Assembly: GCA_050287085.1 (NCBI GenBank)
Contig: JBNKBE010000001.1
Location: 96,001 to 160,000, forward strand
Length of the DNA: 64,000 nucleotides
Reading direction: 5' to 3'
From: Polyangiaceae bacterium
GTDB lineage: Bacteria > Myxococcota_A > Polyangia > Polyangiales > Polyangiaceae
The position numbers and the translations under genes were made by a program. Below are positions 29,886 through 39,705 of this stretch, piece after piece. The notes below the pieces were generated by a model, which was not told where the DNA came from, ran no database searches, and worked only from the letters and a program-made list of their open reading frames with translations. Positions within the stretch are counted from its first letter, which is position 1. Every line of letters begins with the position of its first letter.

Positions 29886-32800
29886 CTACCCTTCTTCGCT
29901 GCTTCGCAGGCGAGCCAGCGACAAACACACTTCGCTGTAGACCACTGGCGGGACGCTCTCAACGTCGATCTCCGCGCCATCGAGATCGTGAAAACCAAGG
30001 GTCGCGATGGTAACCTCCTCCGACCAATCCTGTACCCCGATGTTGTACCCGGAGTGCTCGACATGGGCCACGAGCCCAACCGCCGGCAGCGGAAGGAAGT
30101 CGACCTGCACTATTCCCTGGTCCATCGGCTCGCCGTGCAACCAGCCCTCCCGCCGTCGCCACGCAACGTAGCGATTGGAGTTGGTATCCAGAGAGCTCAG
30201 TTCCAAGTCCCAGGGGCTACCCGGAATGTAGAAACTGCGCTCGGCCTGGGGCAGCGCAACTGGGATGTCCGGCGCCAGAGGCGAGACCGCATGCATATCG
30301 TCGAGCAGAGGGTGGGCGAGTCGGACCCCAGAGCCGTCCGCGGCGGTGAGATCCGCCCCCCGTCGGAGAAGCCCCGCGCCCGTGCAGAACACCAGTGGTC
30401 TTACGATCTCTGGATAGGCGTCGCGGAGTTCTAAGATCGCCGCCGCGTCGAAGGTTTCGCCTGTGCGGAGCGCCCGTTCGAATAGCTCAACCAGCCGATA
30501 GCGGCCCAGCGGCGAAGCGGGTTCGGTCTTCAGCTCCCTTTCGCTCGCTCGCGCGCCCAGGCTCCAATCCGCCTTCGCCCGCAACTCCGGCCACGAAAGC
30601 CCGCACCGAAACGCTACCCGCTCGGCGCATTCACGCGCCTGCTGCCGCAAGCCACGCGAGGGCAGAAGTTCAGCCCAATACAACAACCACGAAGTTGCCA
30701 GCGGTGATGGGTGCCACTGCAACACCTTGAGATAGGCGCCCGCCGCAACGTGTTCACCCGCCCGCAGACGAGACAACGCTGCGCCGATAGTCTGAATGCT
30801 GTCGTCCGCCGCGAACAGCCAAAGCTGCAACACGGCCCAGCGATGTTTGCTGTCCTTCGCACGCGCCCACCGCTCATGGAGAATCCGAGACCACACAGCC
30901 AGCGTCGTCGAATCGAGCACGCTACGAGCGCTCCGAAGCAAGCGCCCCTTGAGCGATCCTTGGAGCCGCATCGTCCAACTCAGGAGGCCCATCTGCGCCT
31001 CCTGGTTCAACGCAATACCCGACGCCCAATGCACTTCCGGTAGCTCCACGTGACGAAGAAACGCAGGCATGGTCTTCGGCCTAGGTTGAGCCGCAAAGAA
31101 CAACGCCCAACGTTGCTGGAGACTGGAGCCGGCCGGCAGCACTAGGTCCACCGCGCCTACAGCCACGAGCGCTTCAAGCAGATAAGGCCGCACTTGAGGG
31201 CTTCGTTCGCGCTCCAGAGCCCGCTGTAGCGCAGCCAAGCTGTCGGCGCGCCCCCAGATCGCCAGCAGCTCGAGAGCCGCGCAGCGCGTGGCTGGAACGC
31301 CTGCTTCCAACAACCCTTCGATTCGACATCTCAGCGCCTCCGGGGCACTTGTCAGTCGACTCAAGCCATCTACGGAACGCGCCCGCACCGTACGGTTCTG
31401 GTGACCCAATCCAAGGATGAAGAGTTCACTCGCCTCGGCGCGGGCGTGTTCGGCGAGCAGACCGAAGAGGGGTTCCAGATGTTCGCTCTCGCCCCTCCGC
31501 AACACCGACAATATCGGCTCCACCAATAGCGCTCCGGCCTGGGAAAGTGCGCGACGTGGCCGAGCCCAAAACGCCGATCTCACCTTCGGCAGATGAGCGA
31601 AACTCTCGACTGCCTCCCAGACACCAGCCGGATCGCGAGACAACGTCTCAACGACGAAACACCATAGCCGTGTATGGCCGTGCACAATAGCTTGCTCCAA
31701 CTCTGGACGGAGCCAGTACAAGGCAACAGCACCGAGCCGGAGGATCTCGGGACGCAATTCGCTGCTCCAACGCGGCGCTTCGTCTTTCATCCGCTCGCAC
31801 AAGCGTAGAAATCGCTCGCGCTCGCCCGAAGCGTGACCAGCGGCAAGGGCCACCACCTCCGCTCCTCGAGTGCTGACGGGTGGGGTCGCAACGATACGCT
31901 CTGCCAGCGAACGCAATGCTGGCTCTACGCTTGCCGCCTCTTGCAGGGCGGTCCGGACCCACGATGCGGTCGCCGCTCCATGTCCCAGCGTCGTGAGCGC
32001 TCGCGCCGCAAGAGTACGGACGGTCACGCTGCCCTGAGTCACCATGCCGGCCAGCCACGCACAGCCCACCGGTGACGGGTGTTCCCACACACAACGGATC
32101 GCCAGACGAAGCGTGGCCGCCTTGAACTGGGAGTCGATCCGCGAAACCGCGACCTCCGCGGCTCGCTCGCCCGCCAGGCGCAGCGCGTCCACCACAACGT
32201 CCTTGTGGTGTCCCTCCTCAAGTGCCCTGAATAAGCCAAAGACTAGGTCTTCATCTTCGAGATGCGGCACGAGCGCCAGCGCACGCAGCTCGCCCGAAAA
32301 TTGAGCCACCAATCGCAGTCCAGGACTCCCCGCGCGGGCGAATGCGCGCGCTGAGACGTCGACGTCGACCAGCGACCCCGCAAATAGGTCGAGCTTCAGT
32401 CCCTCCTCGACAATGCCCCCCGAAATCGCAACCTCGGCGTCACAAGCAAAGAGCGCCGCAAGGATCTGCCCCCCTGGCGATAGCCATGCAGCCGCCTCGG
32501 GGCTTTGGAGCAGCGCAAGGGTAGCGGCACTACGCTGCCGCAGGCAGGGGAGCGCTTGACTGCGAAAGTCCTCACCGCAGTAGCTGAACAGCGCACGAAC
32601 CGCCAGCTCATCAGTGCCCATGTCCATGAGCGCCTGCACGCGTTGCCAGCGCAGGATGGGATAGCTCTGCGCGCGGAGCAACTCAGAGCACGCCAAGGCC
32701 AATTCGTCTTCATCCACCAAGCCCGCGAAAGCAAATCCCCCTGGCAACGCCATTAGGTAGTTGCAAGCTAGCGCTCGGCGCGTCTCAGGCGGTACCGACT

Positions 32801-33185
32801 CGCGTCTCCCAAGCAGGAGCGCCATTCTGAGTTCACCCGGAACATGAGCGTGCAATACACCGTGGGATTGGATCTCACCGTGCTGACGTACCACCGCGAC
32901 AAGCCACCGGAGAACGGGCATCACGAGCCCGAGTGTTACGTCCGCGCAGGGAATTGCCGCACTTGCGTACCGCCGCGTCCACTCCTCGGCGCGCTTTTGG
33001 TCCGCACACAAGGGCCGATGACTGCTCACCTCGAAGGCAAGTCGAAAGCTATCCCCCGATGACTCGAGCGCTCGTTCGATTTGAGCTCGGTTGCCCGGCT
33101 CTGAACACCATGCCTGCAGAGCCTCGGGACTGCTCTCCAGCAAGGCCGAAGTCAGCAGACTAGCTGAAGCCACACACGTCACCAA
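29886..33185 (-). CDS. Large HEAT-repeat protein with DUF4132-like C-terminus
   Basis: HEAT-like units (VRTLAARAL, VRARSVDGL, TRCAALELL); C-terminal VRLAHP, GWLHGEPMDQG and VPPVVYSEV. Confidence 0.6.
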   Translation of the reverse strand: MVTCVASASLLTSALLESSPEALQAWCSEPGNRAQIERALESSGDSFRLAFEVSSHRPLCADQKRAEEWTRRYASAAIPCADVTLGLVMPVLRWLVAVVRQHGEIQSHGVLHAHVPGELRMALLLGRRESVPPETRRALACNYLMALPGGFAFAGLVDEDELALACSELLRAQSYPILRWQRVQALMDMGTDELAVRALFSYCGEDFRSQALPCLRQRSAATLALLQSPEAAAWLSPGGQILAALFACDAEVAISGGIVEEGLKLDLFAGSLVDVDVSARAFARAGSPGLRLVAQFSGELRALALVPHLEDEDLVFGLFRALEEGHHKDVVVDALRLAGERAAEVAVSRIDSQFKAATLRLAIRCVWEHPSPVGCAWLAGMVTQGSVTVRTLAARALTTLGHGAATASWVRTALQEAASVEPALRSLAERIVATPPVSTRGAEVVALAAGHASGERERFLRLCERMKDEAPRWSSELRPEILRLGAVALYWLRPELEQAIVHGHTRLWCFVVETLSRDPAGVWEAVESFAHLPKVRSAFWARPRRALSQAGALLVEPILSVLRRGESEHLEPLFGLLAEHARAEASELFILGLGHQNRTVRARSVDGLSRLTSAPEALRCRIEGLLEAGVPATRCAALELLAIWGRADSLAALQRALERERSPQVRPYLLEALVAVGAVDLVLPAGSSLQQRWALFFAAQPRPKTMPAFLRHVELPEVHWASGIALNQEAQMGLLSWTMRLQGSLKGRLLRSARSVLDSTTLAVWSRILHERWARAKDSKHRWAVLQLWLFAADDSIQTIGAALSRLRAGEHVAAGAYLKVLQWHPSPLATSWLLYWAELLPSRGLRQQARECAERVAFRCGLSWPELRAKADWSLGARASERELKTEPASPLGRYRLVELFERALRTGETFDAAAILELRDAYPEIVRPLVFCTGAGLLRRGADLTAADGSGVRLAHPLLDDMHAVSPLAPDIPVALPQAERSFYIPGSPWDLELSSLDTNSNRYVAWRRREGWLHGEPMDQGIVQVDFLPLPAVGLVAHVEHSGYNIGVQDWSEEVTIATLGFHDLDGAEIDVESVPPVVYSEVCLSLARLRSSEEG

Positions 33186-33216
33186 AGTCCCAGCGGCTCA
33201 AGGGCACGCCGCCACA

Positions 33217-34449
33217 TCAAACCGCCCGAAACAGCAGCGAACAATTGGTGCCCCCAAAACCAAACGAGTTGCTCATCACGGTACGCAACTTCTTCTCCCG
33301 CGCAGTCTGGGCTACGATGTCTAGACCCAACTGTGCAATCTCGGGATCGAGCTGCTCCAAGTTGATGGTGGGTGGCACCACCCCCGAGCCCAACGCCAAG
33401 CAAGAGATAACGGCCTCAAGTCCGCCCGCGGCCCCCAGCAGATGCCCCGTCATGCTCTTTGTGCTCGAAATACAGGCTCCAGCTCCGAGTAGTGCCGCTA
33501 TGGCGCGGCTCTCCTGCAGATCGCCTGCCCCGGTTGAAGTGCCGTGTGCATTGACGTAGTCCACGTCACCGGCGGACACCCCCGCTACCGCAAGCGCCTG
33601 CGCCATCGCCCGCCTGGCGCCCTCCCCCTCGGGGGCGGGCTGCGTCAAATGATAGGCGTCGGAACTCGCGCCCCAACCGCCGACTTCTGCCAGAATCTTC
33701 GCACCGCGCGCGCGGGCCGCCTCGAACTCCTCGAGCATCAGGACCCCCGCCCCCTCGCCGATGACAAACCCATCGCGCCCGACGTCGTAAGGACGACTGG
33801 CGGACGCCGGATCGTCATTGCGCGTGGACAATGCTTTCATCGCGCCAAAAGCGGCCACGATCGAGGGCGTCACCGCAGCTTCCGCCCCCCCCGCGATAGC
33901 CGCATCGATCTCTCCAAGCCGGATCTGGCGCGCTGCGTCCAGGATCGCGTGTGCACCTGACGCGCAGGCGCTGGTATGGGTGTAGCTCGGTCCCTTGAAG
34001 CCGTAGCGCATCGAGACCTGGCCGGGGGCGAGGTTGGACAACATGCCGGGCATCGCGAAGGGGTTCACTTTCGACGGCCCCCGTTCCAGCACGGTACTGT
34101 GCAAGCGCTCCACCGTCGCGACGCCAAATAGCCCCACCCCAATGAATGTTCCGACGCGCTCTTTCATCGCATCGTCGGGCTCAAACTCTGCCTGCCCGAC
34201 CGCTTGCTCAGCGGCCGCCAGCGCAAAATGAATGAAGCGATCCGTTTGCCTCGCGAGTCGCTTGTCCAAGATCTGCGTTGCGTCAAAGCCGGAGCACTGC
34301 CCTGCTATTCGGGAAGGAAACGCCGTCGCGTCAAACGCCTCGATAGCCCTGATACCGCTGGTACCATGGCACAGGCTAGACCACATGGATTCCCGATCCA
34401 AGCCCACCGGACTCACCGCGCCAAGGCCCGTCACCGCAACACGCCGCAT
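33217..34449 (-). CDS. fabF: 3-oxoacyl-ACP synthase II
   Basis: RVAVTGLG, SACASG, AHGTST, KSMTGHLLGAAG and NSFGFGG; start at ATG 34449. Confidence 0.95.
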   Translation of the reverse strand: MRRVAVTGLGAVSPVGLDRESMWSSLCHGTSGIRAIEAFDATAFPSRIAGQCSGFDATQILDKRLARQTDRFIHFALAAAEQAVGQAEFEPDDAMKERVGTFIGVGLFGVATVERLHSTVLERGPSKVNPFAMPGMLSNLAPGQVSMRYGFKGPSYTHTSACASGAHAILDAARQIRLGEIDAAIAGGAEAAVTPSIVAAFGAMKALSTRNDDPASASRPYDVGRDGFVIGEGAGVLMLEEFEAARARGAKILAEVGGWGASSDAYHLTQPAPEGEGARRAMAQALAVAGVSAGDVDYVNAHGTSTGAGDLQESRAIAALLGAGACISSTKSMTGHLLGAAGGLEAVISCLALGSGVVPPTINLEQLDPEIAQLGLDIVAQTAREKKLRTVMSNSFGFGGTNCSLLFRAV

Positions 34450-34877
34450 TGCGGCGAAGAACCAAAACCCGTGGGCTTTGTCAATTCGAGTTGCAGAAGA
34501 CTGAGACCACCCCGTGAATCGGGCGGAAATAACGAAAAAAAGCAGAGGAAAAAAGCGGCAGAGCCGTTCGGCCACCAAGCAGGGCCCCACTCCCCGATCG
34601 CTCGTGATGCAGCTCGCAAACAGTGCCCAGAGGCAGTCCAGAGTCGCCGATTCGGCCCCGGATTTCTGCGACCGCGTCAGCGCTTGGCTGCAACAGAGGG
34701 CCCGAACCCCGAGCCCCAAAGCAATTGTCACCGCGGCCTTGACTCAACCCGGTGGCGTAGCTCCGGACCCATCAAGGCTGGCGACAGTCTCCGGACGCGG
34801 AGAGCCAGCCCTCGGACGACAGCCGTGTCCACTTTCTGTCCCCGCAGCGGGCGCGTCAACAAGCTACACTCCGCTCC

Positions 34878-35705
34878 ATGCATAGCAGCGAGTTCTTGAA
34901 TCTCATGGCAACCCTAGCCCCGCTCGAGCTGGCCGCCTCTTGGGACAACGTGGGGGTGATCGTAGACGCTGCCGAAGAGCGCGACGTGCGCCGCGTCCTG
35001 CTCACGATCGACATGACGGAACACGTTCTGGCCGAGGCGCTCGATTTCGGCGCTGAGGCAATCATTGCCTATCACCCCCCCATATTCAGCGGGCTCAAAC
35101 GCCTTGAACGAACCACTGCCGCAGGGCGCCTGCACCTCGCTCTCATTCGCTCTGGGATATTGGTCTACAGTCCCCACACCGCGCTTGATGCGTGCCGCGG
35201 AGGACTCAACGACTGGCTAGCGGGACTCCTGCCCAAGTCGCTCGCGCGACCGCTCGACCCCCTCCCGGCTCAACCCGAGCTTGGACAGGGCCGTTTCCTC
35301 GAGCTTCAAACGCCCCATTCTCTGGACGCATTGATCACTCTACTCAAGAGCCAGCTTCACCTTGACTACCTCCGTGTCGCTCGCGCGGCTCGCCACAGCT
35401 CCGCTAGCAGCACCCCCTCCAGGCCGGCAACGCCTAATGCCGCGAACGAGCTCATCGCCACGGTGGCGCTCTGTCCTGGCGCCGGCGGCAGTGTGCTTGC
35501 CAACACCAATGCCGACCTCCTGCTCACCGGAGAGATGCGCCATCACGATGTGCTCGCTCATCAGCGCGCCGGCCGGAGTGTGTTGCTGACCGAGCATACC
35601 GGCACGGAGCGGGGTTACCTTCCCGTCCTTGCGGCTCGCCTTGAGACGCTGGGGCTTCTATGCCGCGTCTCAAGGTCCGATCGCGAACCGCTAGAGCTCG
35701 CGTGA
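34878..35705 (+). CDS. Nif3-like dinuclear metal centre protein
   Basis: WDNVG, AYHPPIF, HTALD, TGEMRHH and HTGTE. Confidence 0.93.
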   Translation: MHSSEFLNLMATLAPLELAASWDNVGVIVDAAEERDVRRVLLTIDMTEHVLAEALDFGAEAIIAYHPPIFSGLKRLERTTAAGRLHLALIRSGILVYSPHTALDACRGGLNDWLAGLLPKSLARPLDPLPAQPELGQGRFLELQTPHSLDALITLLKSQLHLDYLRVARAARHSSASSTPSRPATPNAANELIATVALCPGAGGSVLANTNADLLLTGEMRHHDVLAHQRAGRSVLLTEHTGTERGYLPVLAARLETLGLLCRVSRSDREPLELA

Positions 35706-36803
35706 CGGCGCGCTGATATCGTGCACTGGCGGCGCTGCCCGCGCGATGTCTGCCACAGAGGTCAGAGCGCGTTCGCGCATTCTGCGAGCCAACGCGCGGT
35801 TGAGTCGCCAAGGAAGCAACGGCCCCCCATAAATGAATCCGGTATACAGCTGCACTAAAGCAGCTCCTGCCTCCAAGCGCTCCCACACGTCGTCGATATC
35901 TCTAATCCCACCGACGGAAATCAAGGGCACCGAGTCCCCCACGCGCGCTCGCAGCCTGCGCAGAACGTGAACGGAGCGCGCACTTAGCGGCCGTCCAGAA
36001 AGCCCCCCTGCTCCAACAGCGCTGATTTCCGCCGGTGACGATAGCAGACCGCGACGCTGCACGGTGGTGTTGGTCGCGATGACACCATGCAGCGGCAAGC
36101 GCAGTGCGACGTCAGCAATGGCGTCGATGTCCTCGTCGCTCAGGTCGGGTGCGATCTTCACCAACAACGGAAGGTCCGTAGACGCCGCCTCATCCATTGC
36201 CTGCCGCACCGTGCGCAGCAGCGGCTCCAGCTGTTCGACCGCCTGCAGATTACGAAGTCCCGGCGTGTTCGGAGAGCTCACATTGACGACCACATAGTCG
36301 GCGTGGGGAGCGACCCAGCGCGCGCTCTTATCGTAGTCCTCGGCGGCCTTCTCCTCAGGCACCCGTTTCGTCTTACCGATGTTGGCGCCCACAACCCCGC
36401 TGCGTCCGCGGCGCAGACGAGTCGCAAGCGACAAGGCCCCCTCATTGTTGAATCCCATGCGATTGACGATCGCCTGATCCTTAGGGAGGCGGAACAGACG
36501 GGGTCGCGGATTGCCAGGCTGTCCCTCGCCGGTGACGGTGCCCACCTCGACGAAGCCGAACCCGAGCGCCAGCAAGGCGTCGTAACCGCGCCCGTCCTTG
36601 TCGAAGCCCGCAGCCAAACCGATCGGACTCGGCAGCGCTCGACCCCAAACCGTTTGGGCGACGATGTTAGGCGGGCGAAGCGCCCGCCGCAGCAGGGCCA
36701 ACATCATCGGCAGTGCGCACAGCCCCCGAAGCGCCAGAAACGCAAGATTGTGCGCCGTTTCGGCCGGAAACCGAAACAGCAACCAGCGCAGGATCTCGTA
36801 CAC
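35691..36803 (-). CDS. pyrD: Quinone-dependent dihydroorotate dehydrogenase
   Basis: GLAAGFDK, NRMGFNN, NVSSPNTPGLR, KIAPD, ATNTT and GGLSG; GTG start at 36803. Confidence 0.97.
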   Translation of the reverse strand: MYEILRWLLFRFPAETAHNLAFLALRGLCALPMMLALLRRALRPPNIVAQTVWGRALPSPIGLAAGFDKDGRGYDALLALGFGFVEVGTVTGEGQPGNPRPRLFRLPKDQAIVNRMGFNNEGALSLATRLRRGRSGVVGANIGKTKRVPEEKAAEDYDKSARWVAPHADYVVVNVSSPNTPGLRNLQAVEQLEPLLRTVRQAMDEAASTDLPLLVKIAPDLSDEDIDAIADVALRLPLHGVIATNTTVQRRGLLSSPAEISAVGAGGLSGRPLSARSVHVLRRLRARVGDSVPLISVGGIRDIDDVWERLEAGAALVQLYTGFIYGGPLLPWRLNRALARRMRERALTSVADIARAAPPVHDISAPSREL

Positions 36804-36917
36804 GGCCCTCGGCTTTATCGATCCACACCGCCGATGGCAAGCGGGACGCAATGAACAGCCGCGCCCAGAAGGCGCCCCAGTCCACGGCTCGGTCCTGCGC
36901 CCGGACGAGGCGCGGGC

Positions 36918-37418
36918 CTATCCGACGCCCTGCTCTCCGCCGCGCTGGGGCTCGACCTTGAGCGCAGTTCCATACGCCAGTACTTCGACGCCCGCAGTGC
37001 CCTTGTTGTTGCCAGCGCTGGATGCGAGGCGTGACGTTTCAAGCCGAACGCCGACGACCGTGTCGAAGCCCCCCATGACCGCTTCGTCCAACATGCGGAG
37101 CAAAGCCTCACGCCGAGCGCGTTCCATCAACGGCTCGTACGCACGCAGACGCCCGCCAAAGATCTGTTTGAAGCTCGTAACGAAACGCTTGTAGTAGTCG
37201 AGAGACACGACAACGCTTCCCCCTACCAACCGTGCGCTAGCCACCTTGAGCTCCGGCGCGGGCCCCAGGGTGCTAACAGGAAAGCGCAAAAACTCGAGCT
37301 CCCGTTCCCGCAGACTGGCGAAGTGCTGACGCTCGACATGGCGTCCGAGCAGCCACCCCAGGAGCGTCAACAGCAGTGTTAGCCCAATGCCCAGGCCCTG
37401 AGTTGCAAGCTCAGTCAT
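36918..37418 (-). CDS. YbjQ-like (UPF0145) protein with N-terminal TM helix
   Basis: FGGRLRAYEPLMERARREA and EVLAYGTA. Confidence 0.8.
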   Translation of the reverse strand: MTELATQGLGIGLTLLLTLLGWLLGRHVERQHFASLRERELEFLRFPVSTLGPAPELKVASARLVGGSVVVSLDYYKRFVTSFKQIFGGRLRAYEPLMERARREALLRMLDEAVMGGFDTVVGVRLETSRLASSAGNNKGTAGVEVLAYGTALKVEPQRGGEQGVG

Positions 37419-37420
37419 CG

Positions 37421-37735
37421 CTACTCCACACGAACTGCGGTGCCATAGGCGTAGAGCTCTGCGGCCCCCTGGGCAACACTGCTCGTCGAGTACCGCACGT
37501 TGACGATGGCATTGGCCCCACGGAGTTCCGCTTGGCGCACCATGCGCTCTGTCGCCTCATCCCTCGCTTCTGACAGCAGCTCCGTATAGCCCTTGAGCTC
37601 ACCCCCAACGATATTCTTCAACCCGGCCATGAAGTCCCGTCCGATATGCTTCGCCCGTACGGTACTGCCCGAGACGATGCCGAAGAATTGCACGATGCGC
37701 CGCCCCGGAACGTCCTCTGTATTGGTCAAGATCAC
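37421..37735 (-). CDS. YbjQ (UPF0145) family protein
   Basis: GRDFMAGLKNIVGGELKGYT, GANAIV and AYGTAV; GTG start at 37735. Confidence 0.9.
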   Translation of the reverse strand: MILTNTEDVPGRRIVQFFGIVSGSTVRAKHIGRDFMAGLKNIVGGELKGYTELLSEARDEATERMVRQAELRGANAIVNVRYSTSSVAQGAAELYAYGTAVRVE

Positions 37736-37904
37736 GGACCAATAGTAGCCTAACGCCGGAGACGGCCAAGGCGGAAGCCAACCACCACCGCTCAAAGCCT
37801 CATTTTCTTGTCTGGGGAACCAACAACAGGCAGGCTTTGGTACGCAGGCCGAGCAGGAGGCACACTGAGCAGCTCGGTTCTAAGCCACACCACGAAAGGG
37901 CTCG

Positions 37905-38453
37905 ATGCATTGGATCGCCACGGGTACCCCCTGGGACGCGCTGCTCCCCCTGGAGGCTGGAACAACTCGACTGGAGCTTGCCGCAACCGGGCGAGCTCGT
38001 TGCCGCGCCTGCAACGCGGCCGTACCCCGCGGCGCGCTCCGCTTCGGAGAACAGCTCCCTAACCCCTTCAACGACAAGCCGACTTGGTATTGGTACCATA
38101 TCGAATGTGCTGCGCTGCGCCGAAGCTCGAGCGCCCTGCCGGTATTCGAGACCCTGGGGCAGCGAACTACGGTCGAACCAGACCTGACTCTGGCCGTCAC
38201 GCGGGGAGCGGCCAACCCTCGCCTCGAACGATTGATGGCGCTGGAGCGGGCGCCGTCCGGGCGGGCAAAGTGCCGTGCTTGTGAACAGCTCATCGTCAAG
38301 GGTCACCTCCGCTTCCCGCTCCAGATCTTCGATTCTGGCCGTTTCACCCCCATCGGCTATATCCACGACATCTGCCAGCTGGCCTACTGCGGTGCCGAAC
38401 TAGACCCCATGCGCGCCGCCGCCCTGGGAGTCGGCACGCCGGAAGTCGAGTAG
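37905..38453 (+). CDS. Protein of two tandem PARP-type zinc fingers
   Basis: ELAATGRARCRAC..GALRFG..WYHIEC and ERAPSGRAKCRAC..KGHLRF..YIHDIC. Confidence 0.8.
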   Translation: MHWIATGTPWDALLPLEAGTTRLELAATGRARCRACNAAVPRGALRFGEQLPNPFNDKPTWYWYHIECAALRRSSSALPVFETLGQRTTVEPDLTLAVTRGAANPRLERLMALERAPSGRAKCRACEQLIVKGHLRFPLQIFDSGRFTPIGYIHDICQLAYCGAELDPMRAAALGVGTPEVE

Positions 38454-38567
38454 GGCGAGCGGCCAAGCCCGCCCCACGGCGGGCATTTCACTGCTCTGCT
38501 ACCTCAGGAAAGCGCATAGCATCCCCGCCGTGCTCCCCCGTCCCTTCCGCTGCAGGCCTAGTTCGCA

Positions 38568-39626
38568 ATGAGCCTCCTGGGCTCGAACCCACGCCGAAAC
38601 CTCGGGTTGCTCGTGGGCTCCCTGTTGATTGGGGGCGGCTTCTGGTGGCTCTTGAGAGCAGGTGCGCTTCCGCTCTTGCCCGAGCGCGAGGCATTCTCAA
38701 GCGTGTCGTGGTTGGGGGTAGTCGCCTTCTCGATCAGCTGGCTGCTGACCTTAGTCCTGAAGGGTCTTCGCTGGTCCACCCTGCTCGCCGCCATCGGCCG
38801 CGTCCCCCTTCGCGACGTGCTAGCCATCAATTTCGTGTCCCAAGCCGCCGTCTTGCTCATGCCGCTGCGAAGCGGCGAGTTCGTCCGCCCCGTGATGTTG
38901 TCGCGTCGAAGCTCCATCTCCTTCCTCGCTGGGATGAGCACTTCAGCAGCCGAACGCATCGGGGACAGTCTGTTCGCGAGCGTCATGTTGATCGTTGCGC
39001 TCGCGTCGAGCGAACAACGCACCCCACTTCCGGACCGGATCGGCGAACTCCCCGTGCCCGCGGCACTCGTGCCTGGGCTGGGCTACTCAGCGGCCACGGT
39101 AACGCTGCTCGCCTGCAGTGGCGTCCTCGCCTTCTACTACTTCCGTGCCGGCACGCGACACCTCTTAGGCGCGACCCTTGGGCGCCTCTGGCCGAAGGCT
39201 GCTGAGTGGACCACGACTAAGCTTCAACAGCTCTGCGACGGGCTGCAGTTCCTTGGCTCCGTGCGCTACTCGGCGGCCTTTCTCGGGACAAGCGCCTTGT
39301 ATTGGGCCAGCCACGTCGTCAGCACCTGGGTTCTCTTCCGCACCACCACATTTCCGGAGCTGACCTTCGGTCAGGCTGCAGCCTTGCTGGGAACGCTCGC
39401 ATTCGGGATGAGCATACCGAATGCGCCCGGATTCTTTGGAGTCTTCCAGGTCGCCACGTACGCCAGCTTGGCCGTCTTCTACGCCCCCGAGCGCATCCAG
39501 AAAGACGGCGCGCTGCCCGTGTTCTTGCTGTACGTACTGGAGGTAGCTTGGGTCCTGGCCATGGCCGTCCTTGGCGGCTGGTACAACCGCCGCAACTCCC
39601 CTGGCCAAGTGCCAGCCAACGGATGA
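38568..39626 (+). CDS. Lysylphosphatidylglycerol synthase TM-domain / flippase-like membrane protein (UPF0104)
   Basis: LRWSTLL, P.RSGEFVR, ERIGD and IPNAPGFFGVF; multiple TM helices. Confidence 0.8.
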   Translation: MSLLGSNPRRNLGLLVGSLLIGGGFWWLLRAGALPLLPEREAFSSVSWLGVVAFSISWLLTLVLKGLRWSTLLAAIGRVPLRDVLAINFVSQAAVLLMPLRSGEFVRPVMLSRRSSISFLAGMSTSAAERIGDSLFASVMLIVALASSEQRTPLPDRIGELPVPAALVPGLGYSAATVTLLACSGVLAFYYFRAGTRHLLGATLGRLWPKAAEWTTTKLQQLCDGLQFLGSVRYSAAFLGTSALYWASHVVSTWVLFRTTTFPELTFGQAAALLGTLAFGMSIPNAPGFFGVFQVATYASLAVFYAPERIQKDGALPVFLLYVLEVAWVLAMAVLGGWYNRRNSPGQVPANG

Positions 39627-39705
39627 GCACCCCCCGCGAGCACAGAGTCAGGAGCGCCGGGAGGTGAAAGCTCAAGTTCGCGTCGATCCGGTCGTTTAGA
39701 ACCCT

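Noticed and set aside
34450..34731. N-terminal extension of FabF in the ORF track
   Set aside because: Homology starts at MRRVAVTG (34449); the extension looks like non-coding open frame
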